DNA of 64,000 bases from Mobula hypostoma (taxonomy: Eukaryota), in assembly GCF_963921235.1 (NCBI RefSeq), contig NC_086100.1, positions 203,052,001 to 203,116,000 on the forward strand, read 5' to 3'. A program made the translations under genes and the position numbers. Below, piece by piece: positions 53,240 through 64,000 of this stretch. Under the pieces are notes generated by a model. The model made no database searches, was not told the origin of the DNA, and saw only the letters and a program-made list of their open reading frames with translations. Position 1 is the first letter of the stretch. Every line of letters begins with the position of its first letter.

Positions 53240-54305
53240 TCCATTATCTAAAGCACTGACAATGTGAAAAGTAGCGGTCCCAATACTGACCCCTGAGGAA
53301 CACCACTAGTCACTGGCAGCCAACCAGAAAACGCCCCTTTTATTCCCACTCACTGCCTCCTACCTGTCAACCATTACACTATCCATGCCTGTATCTTTCC
53401 TGTAACACCATAGGATGTTATCTTGCTAAACAGTCTCATTTAGCACCCTATCAAATGCCTTCAGAAAATCCAAGTAAGTGACGTGCACTGCAGGACCTTC
53501 ATCCTCCCTGCTTATTACATAGAAACATAGAAAACCTACAGCACAATACAGGCTCTTCGGACCACGATGCTGTGCCGAACATATGCTTACTTTAGAAATC
53601 ACATATAGCCCTCTATTTTTCTAAGCTCCATGTACCTATTCAGGAGTCTTTTAAAAGACCCTATTGAATCCGCCTGCACCAGCGTTGCCGGCAGCCTATT
53701 CCACGCACTCACCACCCTCTGCGTAAAAAATCTTGCCCCTGACATCTTCCTCGAAGAACTCTAACAGATTTGTCAGTTAAGATTTCCCCTTACAGAAACT
53801 ATGCTGACTTTGAGTTATTTTATCATTAGTCTCCAAGTAACCCAAAACCTCATCCTTAATAATAGACTCCAACACTTTCCCAACCACTGAGGTTAGGTTA
53901 TCTGGCCTATAATTTCCTTTCGTTTGCTTCTTCCCTTTTTAAAGAGTGGAGTGACATTAGCAATCTTCCATTACTCTGGGACCTTGCCAGAATCAAGTGA
54001 TTCTTGAAAGATCATGACCAATGCATCTGTTATCTCTTCAGCAAACCCTCTCAGGACTCTGAGATGTAGTCCATCTGGTCCAGGTGACTTATCCACCTTT
54101 GAGTTTGAGTTTGCCTGGCAGCTTTTCCTTTGTAATAGCAATGGCACTCACTCCTGCTCTCTGACACTGATGGACCTCTGGCACACAGCTAGTGTCTTCC
54201 ACAGTGAAGACAGATGCAAAGCATTCATTAAGTCCATCTGCCATTTTCTTGTCCCCATTACTACCTCATCAGCATCATATTCCAGTGTTCAATATCAGCT
54301 CTCAT
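53240..54305 (-). mobile_element. CR1 RT fragment with nested CR1 tail (~53520-53745)
   Basis: GVPQGS/RT region on minus strand; nested ATAGAAAC tail. Confidence 0.8.
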
Positions 54306-54431
54306 AGAGTGAAGATTAACAGTTAGAGGGAACATTGCCCACAAGGAACAAGGATCCTTATCTATAGCTAGCAAGACACACAAAATGCTCGTGGAACGCA
54401 GTAGGCCAGGCAGCATCTATAGGAAGAAGCA

Positions 54432-54469
54432 CAGTCGACGTTTCGGGCCGAGACTCTTCGTCAGAACTG
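54432..54469 (-). ncRNA. Minimal type I hammerhead ribozyme motif (Penelope-associated)
   Basis: CAGUU-CUGACGA-A-GAGUCUCGGCCC-GAAA-CGUC-GACUG: stem I CAGUU/GACUG, conserved core, palindromic ACGU stem III, GUC cleavage triplet; one mismatch in stem II. Confidence 0.65.
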
Positions 54470-54728
54470 ACTGCTGCATTCCACCAGCATTTTGTGTGTG
54501 TTGCTTGAATTTCCAGCATCTGCAGATTTCCTCGTGTTTGCGTTATCTACAGCTATCCTGAAAGTTAAAGAGTTGTGGTCACTGTTCCCTAACGGTTCAC
54601 CCACTGAAAGGTCAGTCCCCCGGCCAGGCTGATTACCCAACACCAGGTTCAGTACAGCCCCTCCTCTCACTGAACCATAAACATATTGATTTAAGAAACC
54701 TTCCTGAATACACTTGCACAAAGAAGTA

Positions 54729-55420
54729 AACACGAGGAATTCTGCAGATGCTGGAAATTCAGGCAACACACATCAAAGTTGCTGGTGAACGCAGCAGGCC
54801 AGGCAGCATCTCTAGGAAGAGGTACAGTTGACGTTTCGGGCCGAGACCCTTCGTCAGGACTAACTGAAGGAAGAGTTAGTAAGAGATTTGAGAGGGGGAG
54901 GGGGAGATCCGAAATGATAGGAGAAGACAGGAGGGGGAGGGATGGAGCCAAGAGCTGGACAGGTGATTGGTAAAAGGGGTATGAGAGGATCATGGGACAG
55001 GAGGCCCAGGGACGGGGGGAAAACCCAGAGGATGGGCAAGGGGTATAGTCAGAGGGACAGAGGGAGAAAAAGGAGAGAGACAGAAAGAATATGTGTATAT
55101 AAATAAATAACGGATGGGGTACGAGGGGGAAGTGAGGCATTAGCGGAAGTTAGAGAAGTCAACGTTCATGCCATCAGGATCATGCTACCCAGACGGAATA
55201 TAAGGTGTTGTTCCTCCAACCTGAGTGTGACTTCATCTTTACAATAGAGGAGGCCATGGATAGACATGTCAGAATGGGAATGGGACGTGGAATTAAAATG
55301 TGTGGCCACTGGGAGATCCTGCTTTCTCTAGCGGACAGAGCGTAGGTGTTCAGCAAAGCGGTCTCCCAGTCTGCGTCGGGTCTCGCCAATATATAGAAGG
55401 CCACATTGGGAGCACCACAC
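54729..55420 (-). mobile_element. Penelope-like element 3' part (GIY-YIG endonuclease + terminal region)
   Basis: CSQCGLLYIGETRRRLGDRFAEHLRSV; QHLIFRLGS; terminal hammerhead motif. Confidence 0.9.
54825..54866 (-). ncRNA. Minimal type I hammerhead ribozyme motif (Penelope-associated)
   Basis: AGUC-CUGACGA-A-GGG-UCUCGG-CCC-GAAA-CGUC-AACU: intact core and stem II, one mismatch in stem I. Confidence 0.65.
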
Positions 55421-57033
55421 AAGAAGTTCCCAGTTTATAATTAGGGAAGTTGAAATCCCCATGACAACAACCCTATTATTTTTACACATTTCCTTAATCT
55501 TGTTACATACCTGTTCTTCAGTGTCCTGGTGGCTGTTGGGGTGTCTGTAGTACAATCCCGTCAGTGTGATTGCACTCTTCCTATTCCTCAGTTCCATCCT
55601 AAGGACTCAGTATCAGACGCCTCCATTACGTCTCCCCTGAGTGCAGTGGTGATGTTAGTACTGATTAGTAGTGCAACCCCCACCCCACAACTTTTACCTC
55701 CTCTTCTATCTTCTCTAAAACTTTGAAAACCTAATATATTTATCAACCATTCCTGTCCCTCAATCACCCAGATTTCAGTAAAGGCTGCAATATCATAGTT
55801 GCATGCACTGATCTTTGCTCTAAGTTTATTACCTTTACCCATTAAACTCCTAGCATTAAAATATACACACTTCAAACTATCTGACCCATCATATATGTTA
55901 TTTCAATTATTTCTTTCAAAACCTTCCCTGAATCTAACTCCTGGTCCAATACTGACCAGGTCCCTTACTGACCTGAGACTTCAGTTCCCAGCCGCCTGCA
56001 AAACTAGTTTAAACTCTGCCGAGTAGCATCGACAACCTTTCGGCCAGGATATTGGTTCCTCCTCCAGTTCAGGTGAACCCATCCCTTCTTGCCCATTCTG
56101 CTAATCTGTCTAAATCCTTCTGTAGCCTCTCTGTTTCCTCAACACAACCTGCCCCTCCATCTTCATATCATCCGCAAACTTGGCTACAAAGCCATCAATT
56201 CCTTCATCCAAATCAATGACATACAACGTAAAAAAAAGTGGTCCCAACACAGACCCCTGTGGAATACCAGTAATCACCAGCAGCCAACATGAAAAGGCTC
56301 CCCTTATTCCCACTCTTTGCCTCCTGAAGGTCAGCCAATGCTTTATCCATGCTATTGTCTTTCCTGTAATATCATGGGCTCTTAACTTGTTAAACACCCT
56401 CTTGTATGGCACCTTGTCAAAGGCCTTCTGAGAATCCAAGTACACAACATCCTCCTTTGTCTATCCTGCTTGTTATTTCTTCAAAGAATTCCAACAGATT
56501 TGTCAGGCAAGATTTTCCCTTGAGGAGACCATGCTGACTACGGTCTTGGATGTCCAGAGAGGTGATGAATTTAGTCAAGAAGAAAACAGAAAAGTAGATA
56601 AAGCTTTAGAAGTCAGGATCAAACAAAGCACACAAGGAGTATAAAGAAGCCAGAAAAGAACTAAAAAAGGGAATTAGGGAAGCCTGGAGGGGCCATGAAA
56701 AGTCCTTGGCGAGTAGGATTGAGATGAATCCCAAGGCATTCAAAACATACGTCAAAAATAAAAGGGTAGCTAGATAGAGGATGGGACCACTCAGTGATAG
56801 AATAAAAGGATAGCTGGGTAGAGGGTTGAACCACTCAGTGATAAAGGCAGGGACATTTGCTTGGATGCAGAGAATGTGGGTGAGGTACTTATTGAGTACT
56901 TTGTTTCATTATTTACCAAGGAAAAAGATATGGAGGACCAGGAGATCGGTACTGAGTATATACATACATTAAGGAGTTTAGAGATCAATGAGGAGGAGCT
57001 GTTGGGCCTCCTAAGGAATACTAAGGTGGATAA

Positions 57034-57625
57034 AGGCTGATTTATACTTGTGTGTACTAGCTTCTGCCGTGGCCTGCGCAAGTGGGCTACACCATTGTGA
57101 GCATTTATACTTGTGTGTTGGTGTGTCTGTGTCACTCTGCAATTCACCGCCAAAATGCTGGTTGGCGGTGGGGTTTCTACGCCACTGTGTTGAATTTCTT
57201 TGTGTTGAAACTCACTATGAAGAAGCTCATACTTCAAACAAGGGCGACTGAAACTGAAGGGGGGTGAATTTTCTGTGCTTGTCCGGCCACTGAGAGACAT
57301 GGATGAGGAAATGCATTTCATATATTTTCGGATGTCGGCAGGTAGATTTGACGATTTGGTTCATAGTCTCCAACCATTTAATTCGCATCAGTGTACGCAC
57401 AGTATACTCAGAGACTGGCAATCACCATTCGAGTTTTAGCTTCAGGTGGAAGTCAACAGGCTGTAGCAGCTAGCTACAAACTGGCATCAAGCAGAGGTTC
57501 CTCCATAATTTCGGAGGTTTGTAAAGTTTTATGGAAAGCATTGCAGCCAGAGTTCCTTCCCTGCCCTTCAGTCGCCTATTGGCAAGCTATTGCAGCGTAG
57601 GAGGAATTGCGATGCTACCAAGCTG
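57034..57625 (+). mobile_element. PIF/Harbinger DNA transposon left end with transposase N-terminus
   Basis: TAA then AGGCTGATTTATACTT end; [13 protein letters not shown] and [20 protein letters not shown]-like ([10 protein letters not shown]) motifs; right end not found. Confidence 0.75.
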
Positions 57626-57627
57626 AC

Positions 57628-57880
57628 CAATCCCATGATCCTCTCCCTTCTCCAGCCTCGTATCCCTTTTGCCAATCAACTGTCCAGCTCTTGGCTCCAT
57701 CCCTCCCCCTCCTGTCTTCTCCTATCATTTCAGATCTCCCCCTCCCCCTCCCACTTTCAAATCTCTTACTCCCTCTTCTTTCAGTTAATCATGTCGAAGC
57801 GTCTCGGCCCGAATCGTCGACTGTACCTCTTCCTATAGATGCTGCCTGACCTGCTGCGTTCACCAGTATTTTGTGTGTGT
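57628..57880 (+). mobile_element. Penelope-like terminal fragment
   Basis: same spacer family as other copies; decayed hammerhead ~57790-57822. Confidence 0.7.
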
Positions 57881-58250
57881 CACAAAAATAATTCTGGGAC
57901 TGAGAAGCTTGTCATATGAGGAGTGTTTGATGGCTGTGGGCCCCTGCTCACTGGATGTTTTCTATGGTGGATGAATGAAGACCAGAGAACACAGCCTCAG
58001 AATAGAGGGATGTCCATTTAGAACGGAGATGAGGAGGAACTGCTTTAGTCAGAGAGTGGTGAGTCTGTGGAATTCGTTGCCACAGGCGACTGTGGAGGCC
58101 AAGTCATTGGGAATATTGAAGGCAGAGGTCGATAAGTTCTTGATTATGGCAAGAAGGGATTTGGGGAGAAGGCAGGAAGTTGGGACTGAGAGGGAAAGTG
58201 GATCAGCCATGATGAAATGACCCAGCTCAGCTCTTATATCATGTTCTTAT
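57881..58250 (+). mobile_element. CR1 3' fragment
   Basis: FRTEMRRNCFSQRVVSLWNSLP. Confidence 0.8.
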
Positions 58251-58435
58251 GGACTGCAAAAGGGCCTGTTCTGTGCTATAGAATGCCATGACTGTGTGTT
58301 CTTGCATTATTAGCCATAATTTCCAGACTAAAATGTTATTATTTCTCAAAGGTAGTTATGATCACATACTATCTTTTGATTTTTGTCCTTTTGCTGATGC
58401 TTTGCTTTGACATATCATATTTTTTAATTCATTAG

Positions 58436-58498
58436 GCTCTGAAGAAACGGCCTGGATTCTCAAAAATTCTTCACATCAAAGCAGAAAGTGTTTGTTAA
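58436..58498 (+). CDS. FBXO41: FBXO41 last coding exon with stop codon
   Basis: attAG acceptor; ALKKRPGFSKILHIKAESVC* (TAA 58496-58498), resembling the FBXO41 C-terminus; followed by about 1 kb of non-repetitive putative 3' UTR. Confidence 0.93.
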   Translation, partial: ALKKRPGFSKILHIKAESVC

Positions 58499-59499
58499 AG
58501 TTGACAACAGAAACTGCAATTCTACAAAATATCATGTGCTGAAGACATTTTTGCAGAAAAGTGGCTTTTCTGTAATGATTGAAAACAAATACCCGATCGA
58601 AAAGCAAAACGAACTGATTTTTAATCCAAGACCATTCCCATTTGTATGCACCCATATCTGAACCATCAAGAGATGTCGGTCTGGTATACAATCAACCATT
58701 TATTATCACAACAATGAAGCCAGCTACCTACAGAGAGATAGAGGCATAGAGCACTACCACATAGAAACAGACCCTTCAACACTAAAACAACAACTCTTCA
58801 GTTCATCCCAAACATTAAATTAACTCACTCAGTGTTGGAACCAGGATGCAAGACAGTTTTAAACAGAATTACTCCCAAGTTAAACAGCTACAACACAAAG
58901 CCACTGATGTTTCTGTATGTGTCACTCTGGAATGAAGCCACATGATCCCAAATGAAAACAGAATTACTACGAAGGCTTGGCGTGTACAGTATGTTAAATG
59001 AAACGAAGCATTGACTACAAGGCCAGAGAGATGGGAAAGTAATGCCTGCTAGCAAATCACAGCGGAGTGAGATTGGACTGCAACTCTTCCCATTGTCGGG
59101 AATGCCAGATGAACCTGGATAAGGGAGAGGAAGCCATATGCATGCTCTTGATAAAACATTAAGTTTCTATAGATGATTGATCTATATACCACTCCCATAA
59201 TATGCTCAAGTTTATATCCATCCCCAAATGTCACTTAAATATCACTTTTAAATTAGGATCTTTAGTATCCTGTGAATGCTCTGAATAAGGCCAATAATTA
59301 TGAAACCATTTACACTGAGCTGGTTTCACCCCTGTCTGCTAAAATTTCTCACTGCCTACGAAACAGGATAAAGTTGATGAACTATCTTGGTTTCTTTCAC
59401 AGGAGGTTTTTATATAGTTATGTGACATGGAACCAGGACATGTGACCCACTGGTCCACGCTGACCATTGGATATTCATTGAAATTAATCCCATCCCCCT

Positions 59500-59885
59500 A
59501 TTGCGGCACCTGCCTGCACTCCAGACACAATTTACAACAGCCCCCCAATTAACCTGTCACCTTGCACATCTTTGGTTACGGGAGAAAATGGAAGAAACCT
59601 GCTCATGTGGTCTGGGGAGAACATGGAAACTCCACACTGCATGGAGGCCAGGATTGAACTGAGAAAACGCAAACGCCACACAGTGTTGAGGCCAGGATCG
59701 CACCGAGATCTTGCTAACTCCACACAGTGTGGAGGCCAGGATCACACCGAGATCTTGCTAACTCCACACAGTGTGGAGGCCAAGATTGAACTGACAACAT
59801 GTAAACTCCCCACAGCATGGAGGCCAGGACTGAACTGACAAAATGCAAACTTCACAGTATGGAGGCCAGGAATTAACTGAGATGC
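59500..59885 (-). mobile_element. V-SINE-like element with six ~44-bp tandem copies of its B-box segment
   Basis: minus strand GGAGTTTCCATGTTCTCCCC...CAAAGATGTGCA..GGTTAATTGG resembles the V-SINE central domain; repeats 59627-59885 contain GTTCAATCC variants. Confidence 0.6.
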
Positions 59886-59914
59886 GTCACTCTACTCACT
59901 TCTTATTGATTCCA

Positions 59915-62900
59915 ATCATAAGACCATAAGATATAGGAGAAGAATTAGGTTATTTGGCCCATTGAGTCTGCTCTGCCATTTCATCATGGCTGATCCATTT
60001 TTCCTGTCAGCCCAAATCTCCCGCCTTCACCCCAAATCCCTTCATGCCCTGAACAAACAGAATCGATTAACTTCTGCCTTAATATACATAAAGACTTGGC
60101 CTCCACAACAGCCTGTGGGAATGAATTCCACAGATTCACCACACCCTGGCTAAATAAACTCCTCTTCATCTTTTTTAAAACAATGCTCCTCTATTCTGAG
60201 GCTTTGTCCTCTGGTCTGAGACTCATCCCACCATAGGAAACATCCTCGCCACATCCACTCTTATCAAGGCATTTCACCATTTGATAGATTTCAATTAGGT
60301 CACCCCTCATTCTCCTGAATTCCAGTGAATACTGGCCCAGAGCCATTAAACGATCTTCACATAGACAAGCCGTACAAACTTGGAATCGTTTTCATGAACC
60401 TCCTTTGAACGCTCTCCAGTTTCAGCACATCCTTTCCAAAATAAGGGTCCCAAAAACTGCTCTCAAAACTCCAAGTGAGGCCTCACCAGTGCTTCATAGA
60501 GTCTCAACGTGATATCCTTGCTTTTATATTCCAGTCCTCTTGAACTGAGTGCTAATATCACATTTGCCTTCCTCACCACAGACTCAGCCTGCAAGTTGAT
60601 CTTCAGGAAATCCTGCACAAGGACCTCCAAATGCAGTTGCACATCAGATTTTTGTATTTTCTCTCCACTTAGAAAATAGTCAACCATTTCATTGCTTCTG
60701 CCAAAGTGCATGACCATACACTTCCTGACACTGTATTCCATCTGCCTCCTTTTCCCGTTCTCCTAATCTGTCTAAGTCTTTCTGTAGCCTCTCAATTTCT
60801 TCAAAACTACCTGCCTCTCCACTTATCTTCATATCATCTGCAAGCTTTGCAACAAAGCCATCAATTCCACCATCCACATCGTTGACAAATAATGTAAAAC
60901 AATCGGTCCCAACACAGAGCCCTACGGAACACCACTAGTCACCGACGGTCAACCAGAAGAGGCTCCCTCTATTCCCACTCTGCCTCGTGCCAATCAGCCA
61001 CAGTTTATCTATTCTAGAATTTTTCCTGTAATACCCTGGGCCTGCAGCTTGTTAAGCAGCCTCACTTGTGGCAACTTGTCAAAGGCCTGAAGATTCAAGT
61101 ATGCAACGTCAACCGATTCTTCTTTGTCTATCCTTCTTGTTATTTCTTCAAAGAATTCCAAACATATTTGTCAGGCAAGATTTTCCCTAGAGGAAACCAT
61201 AAGACATAGGAGCAGAATTAGGCCATTCAGCCTAGCGAGTCCACTCTGCCATTTCATCCTGGCTGATCCCAAAACCCATTCAATCCCATACTCCTGCCCT
61301 CTCTTCATAATCCTTGGTGCCTCAACCAATCAGGAATATCTCAACTTCCGCTTTAAATATACCCACGGACTTAAACTCCACCACAGACTGTGACAGAGCA
61401 TTCCACAGATTCAGCACTCTTTGTCGAAAGAGATTCCACCTTACTTCTGTTCTAAAGGGTTGCCCCTCAATTTTGAGGCTGTGCCCTCTAGTTCTGGATA
61501 CCCGCACCAGAGGAAACATCCTCTCCACATCCACTTTATCTAGACCTTTCACCATTCGGTATGCTTCAATGAGATCCACATACATTCTTTTAAATTTCAG
61601 TGAGTACAGTCCCAAACCTGCCAATCGCTCCTCATATGTTAACCCCTTCATTCCCAGAATAATCTTTGTGAACCTCCTGTGGAGTATCTCCAATGGCAAT
61701 ACATCCTTTCTGAGATAAGGGATCCAAAACTGTTGACAGCACTCCAACTGCAGCCTGACTAGTGTCTGAGACCACAAGACCATAAGACCATAGGAGCAGC
61801 ATCAGGCTACTCGGCCCATTGAGTCAGCTCTGTCATTCATCATCCACCCTATCTAGTCCTTTCAACTTTCGTAAGGTTTCAGTGATATCCCCTTGCATTC
61901 TTCTAAATTCCAGAGTCCCAAAGCTCTCAAACGCTCCTGATATGTTAACCCCTTCATTCTCTGAATCATCTCGTGAACCTTCTCTGGACTCTCTCCAATG
62001 ACAACACATCCTTTCTGAGATATGGGGCTGTAACTGTTGACAATACTTAAGTGTGGCCTGACTAGTGTCTTATAAAGGATCAACGTTTTCTCCTTGCTTT
62101 TATATTCTATTCCCCTTGAAATAAATACCAACATTGCATTTACCTTCTTTACCACAGACTCAACCTGTAAGTTAACCTGTGCGTCTTGCACAAGGACTGC
62201 TAAGTGCCTCTGCACCTCTGAAGTTTGTACCTTCTTACAATTTAGATAATAGTCCATACTATTGTTCCTTTTACCAAAAATCATTATCATACATTCCCCA
62301 ACACTGTATTCCACCTGCCAATTTTTTGCCCATTCTTCCAGTTTGTTTGTCCTCCTACAATCGCATTGCTTCCTCAGCTCTACCTACCCCTCCACATATC
62401 TTCGTATCATCTGCAAACTTTGCCACAAAGACATCAACTCCATTATCCAAATCATTGACAATGTGAAAAGTAGTGGTCCCAATACTGACCCCTGAGGAAC
62501 ACAACTAGTCACACCAGAAAGGTTCCCTTTTATTCCTGCTCACATGCCTCCTGCCTGTCAGCTATTCCAGTATTCTTGCCAGTATCTTTTCTGTAACACC
62601 ATAGGATTTTATCTTGTTAAGCTGCCTCATGTGTGGCAGATTATGAAACTCCTGAAAATCCAAGTAAATGACAAGCACTGTCTCTCCTTTGTCCACCCTA
62701 CTTGTTATTACCTCGAAGAACTCTAACAGATTTGTCAGGCAAGATTTCCCTTTACAGAACCCATGCTGACTTTGACTTACCATATCATTAGTCTCCAAAT
62801 ACCTGATCCTTAATAATAGACTCCAACACTTTCCCAGCAACTAAGGTTAGGCTAACTGGCCTATAATTTCTTTCCTTTGCCTTCCTCCCTTCTTAATGAG

Positions 62901-64000
62901 TAGAGTGGCATTTGCAATCTTCTAGTACCCCGGGACCATGCCAGAATCAAGTGATTCTTGAAAGGTCATCACTAATGCATCCATTAGCCATTTCCCCTAT
63001 CAATGCTAGTATATCTCCTGTAACATCATGGGATTTTATCTTCTTAAGCAGTCTCATCTAAGGCACCTAATCACATGACTACTGAAAATCTAAGCAAATA
63101 AGACGATAAGACACAGGAGCAGAATTAAGCCATTTGGCCCATCGGCTCTGCTCCGCCATTCAATCATGCTGATCATTTTTTCCCCTCCTCAGTCCCACTC
63201 CTCAGCCTTCTCCCTGTAATCTTTGATGCCATGTCCATTCAAGATCTGATGAAGCTCTGCTTTAAATTCACCCATTGACTTGGCTCCACAGCTGCCTGTA
63301 CTAATAGATTCCACAAATACACCCGCCCTCTGACTGAAGAAATTTCTTCACATCTCTGTTTTAAATGGACGCTCTCTATCCTGAGGCTGTACCCTCTTGT
63401 CCTAGACTCCCCCGCCATGGGAAACAACCTTTCCGCATCTACTCTGTCTGGACTGTTCAATATTCCAAAGGTTTCAATGACAGCCCCCCCATCCTTCTGA
63501 ACTCCAGTGAATACAGACTGAACCATCAAACGTTCCTCGCATGATAACCGATTCGATCACGGAATCGTACTTGCAAACCTCCTCTGAACCCTCTTGAAGG
63601 CCAGCACATCTTCTCTTCGATGCGGACCCCAAAACTGTTCACAATATTCAGGGTGAGGCCTCACCAGTTGCTTATAAAGCCTCAGCTTCACATCCCTGCT
63701 CTTGTATTCTAGACCTCTTGAAATGAATGCTAACATGGCATTTGCCTTCCATACTACCAACTCTACCTGCAAGTTAACCTTTAGGTTGATCTGCACAAGA
63801 ACTCCCAAGTCACTCTGCATCTCAGATTTTTGGATTTTCTCCCCATATAGAAAATAATCTGCACATGTATTTCTACTACCAAAGTCCATGACCATGCATT
63901 TTCCACATTGTATTTCATTTGCTACTCTCTTACCCATGCTCATAATCTGTTAAGTCCTTCTGCAGCCTACCTGTTTCCTCAACACTACCTGCCCTTCCAC
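59915..64000 (-). mobile_element. Four stacked minus-strand CR1 3' fragments (starts ~59915, 61200, 61775, 63100)
   Basis: each begins with a (TAAGACCA/TAAGACA)-type tail, followed by RT C-terminal motifs. Confidence 0.88.

Larger units (their letters stand above)
54541..57033. mobile_element. CR1 fragments around the Penelope insertion (EN minus 54541-54728 and 55421-56090; RT minus 56090-56540; plus 56545-57033)
   Basis: CVYFNARSL, GNSDHN, GIPQGSVLGP, KFADD motifs. Confidence 0.75.

Noticed and set aside
58814..58819. ATTAAA as FBXO41 poly(A) signal
   Set aside because: Possible, but there is no supporting downstream element or transcript evidence, so it is not called.
59627..59885. CRISPR-like regularly spaced repeats
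   Set aside because: Units are contiguous tandem copies with no unique spacers and no cas genes; the context is eukaryotic.

Overview
Repeat-saturated vertebrate genomic DNA. The repeat complement (CR1, Rex-type, Penelope, V-SINE) suggests a cartilaginous fish; this is inference, not proven. The only host gene found is the 3' end of FBXO41 on the + strand. It has five small coding exons (14127-14222, 22172-22290, 33058-33216, 48418-48533, 58436-58498) that splice in frame with GT-AG boundaries, giving 553 coding nt over 44 kb. Almost everything else is decayed, nested transposons: dozens of CR1 fragments, Rex-type LINEs, an L1 5' end with ORF1, two Gypsy elements, a hAT (Buster/Charlie-like) element with TIRs and an 8-bp TSD, a Harbinger fragment, Penelope-like fragments carrying minimal hammerhead ribozymes, a V-SINE with a tandemly amplified B-box, and a 24-bp minisatellite. 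The most unusual item is at about 5548-11825 (minus strand). After removing nested LINEs (TSD and in-frame junctions are visible), it reconstructs as a retrovirus-like element: CCHC gag, protease start, retroviral-type RNase H, integrase, splice acceptor, and a decayed signal-peptide, glycoprotein-like ORF that I do not recognise. Repeat boundaries are approximate except where a TSD or TIR is quoted.
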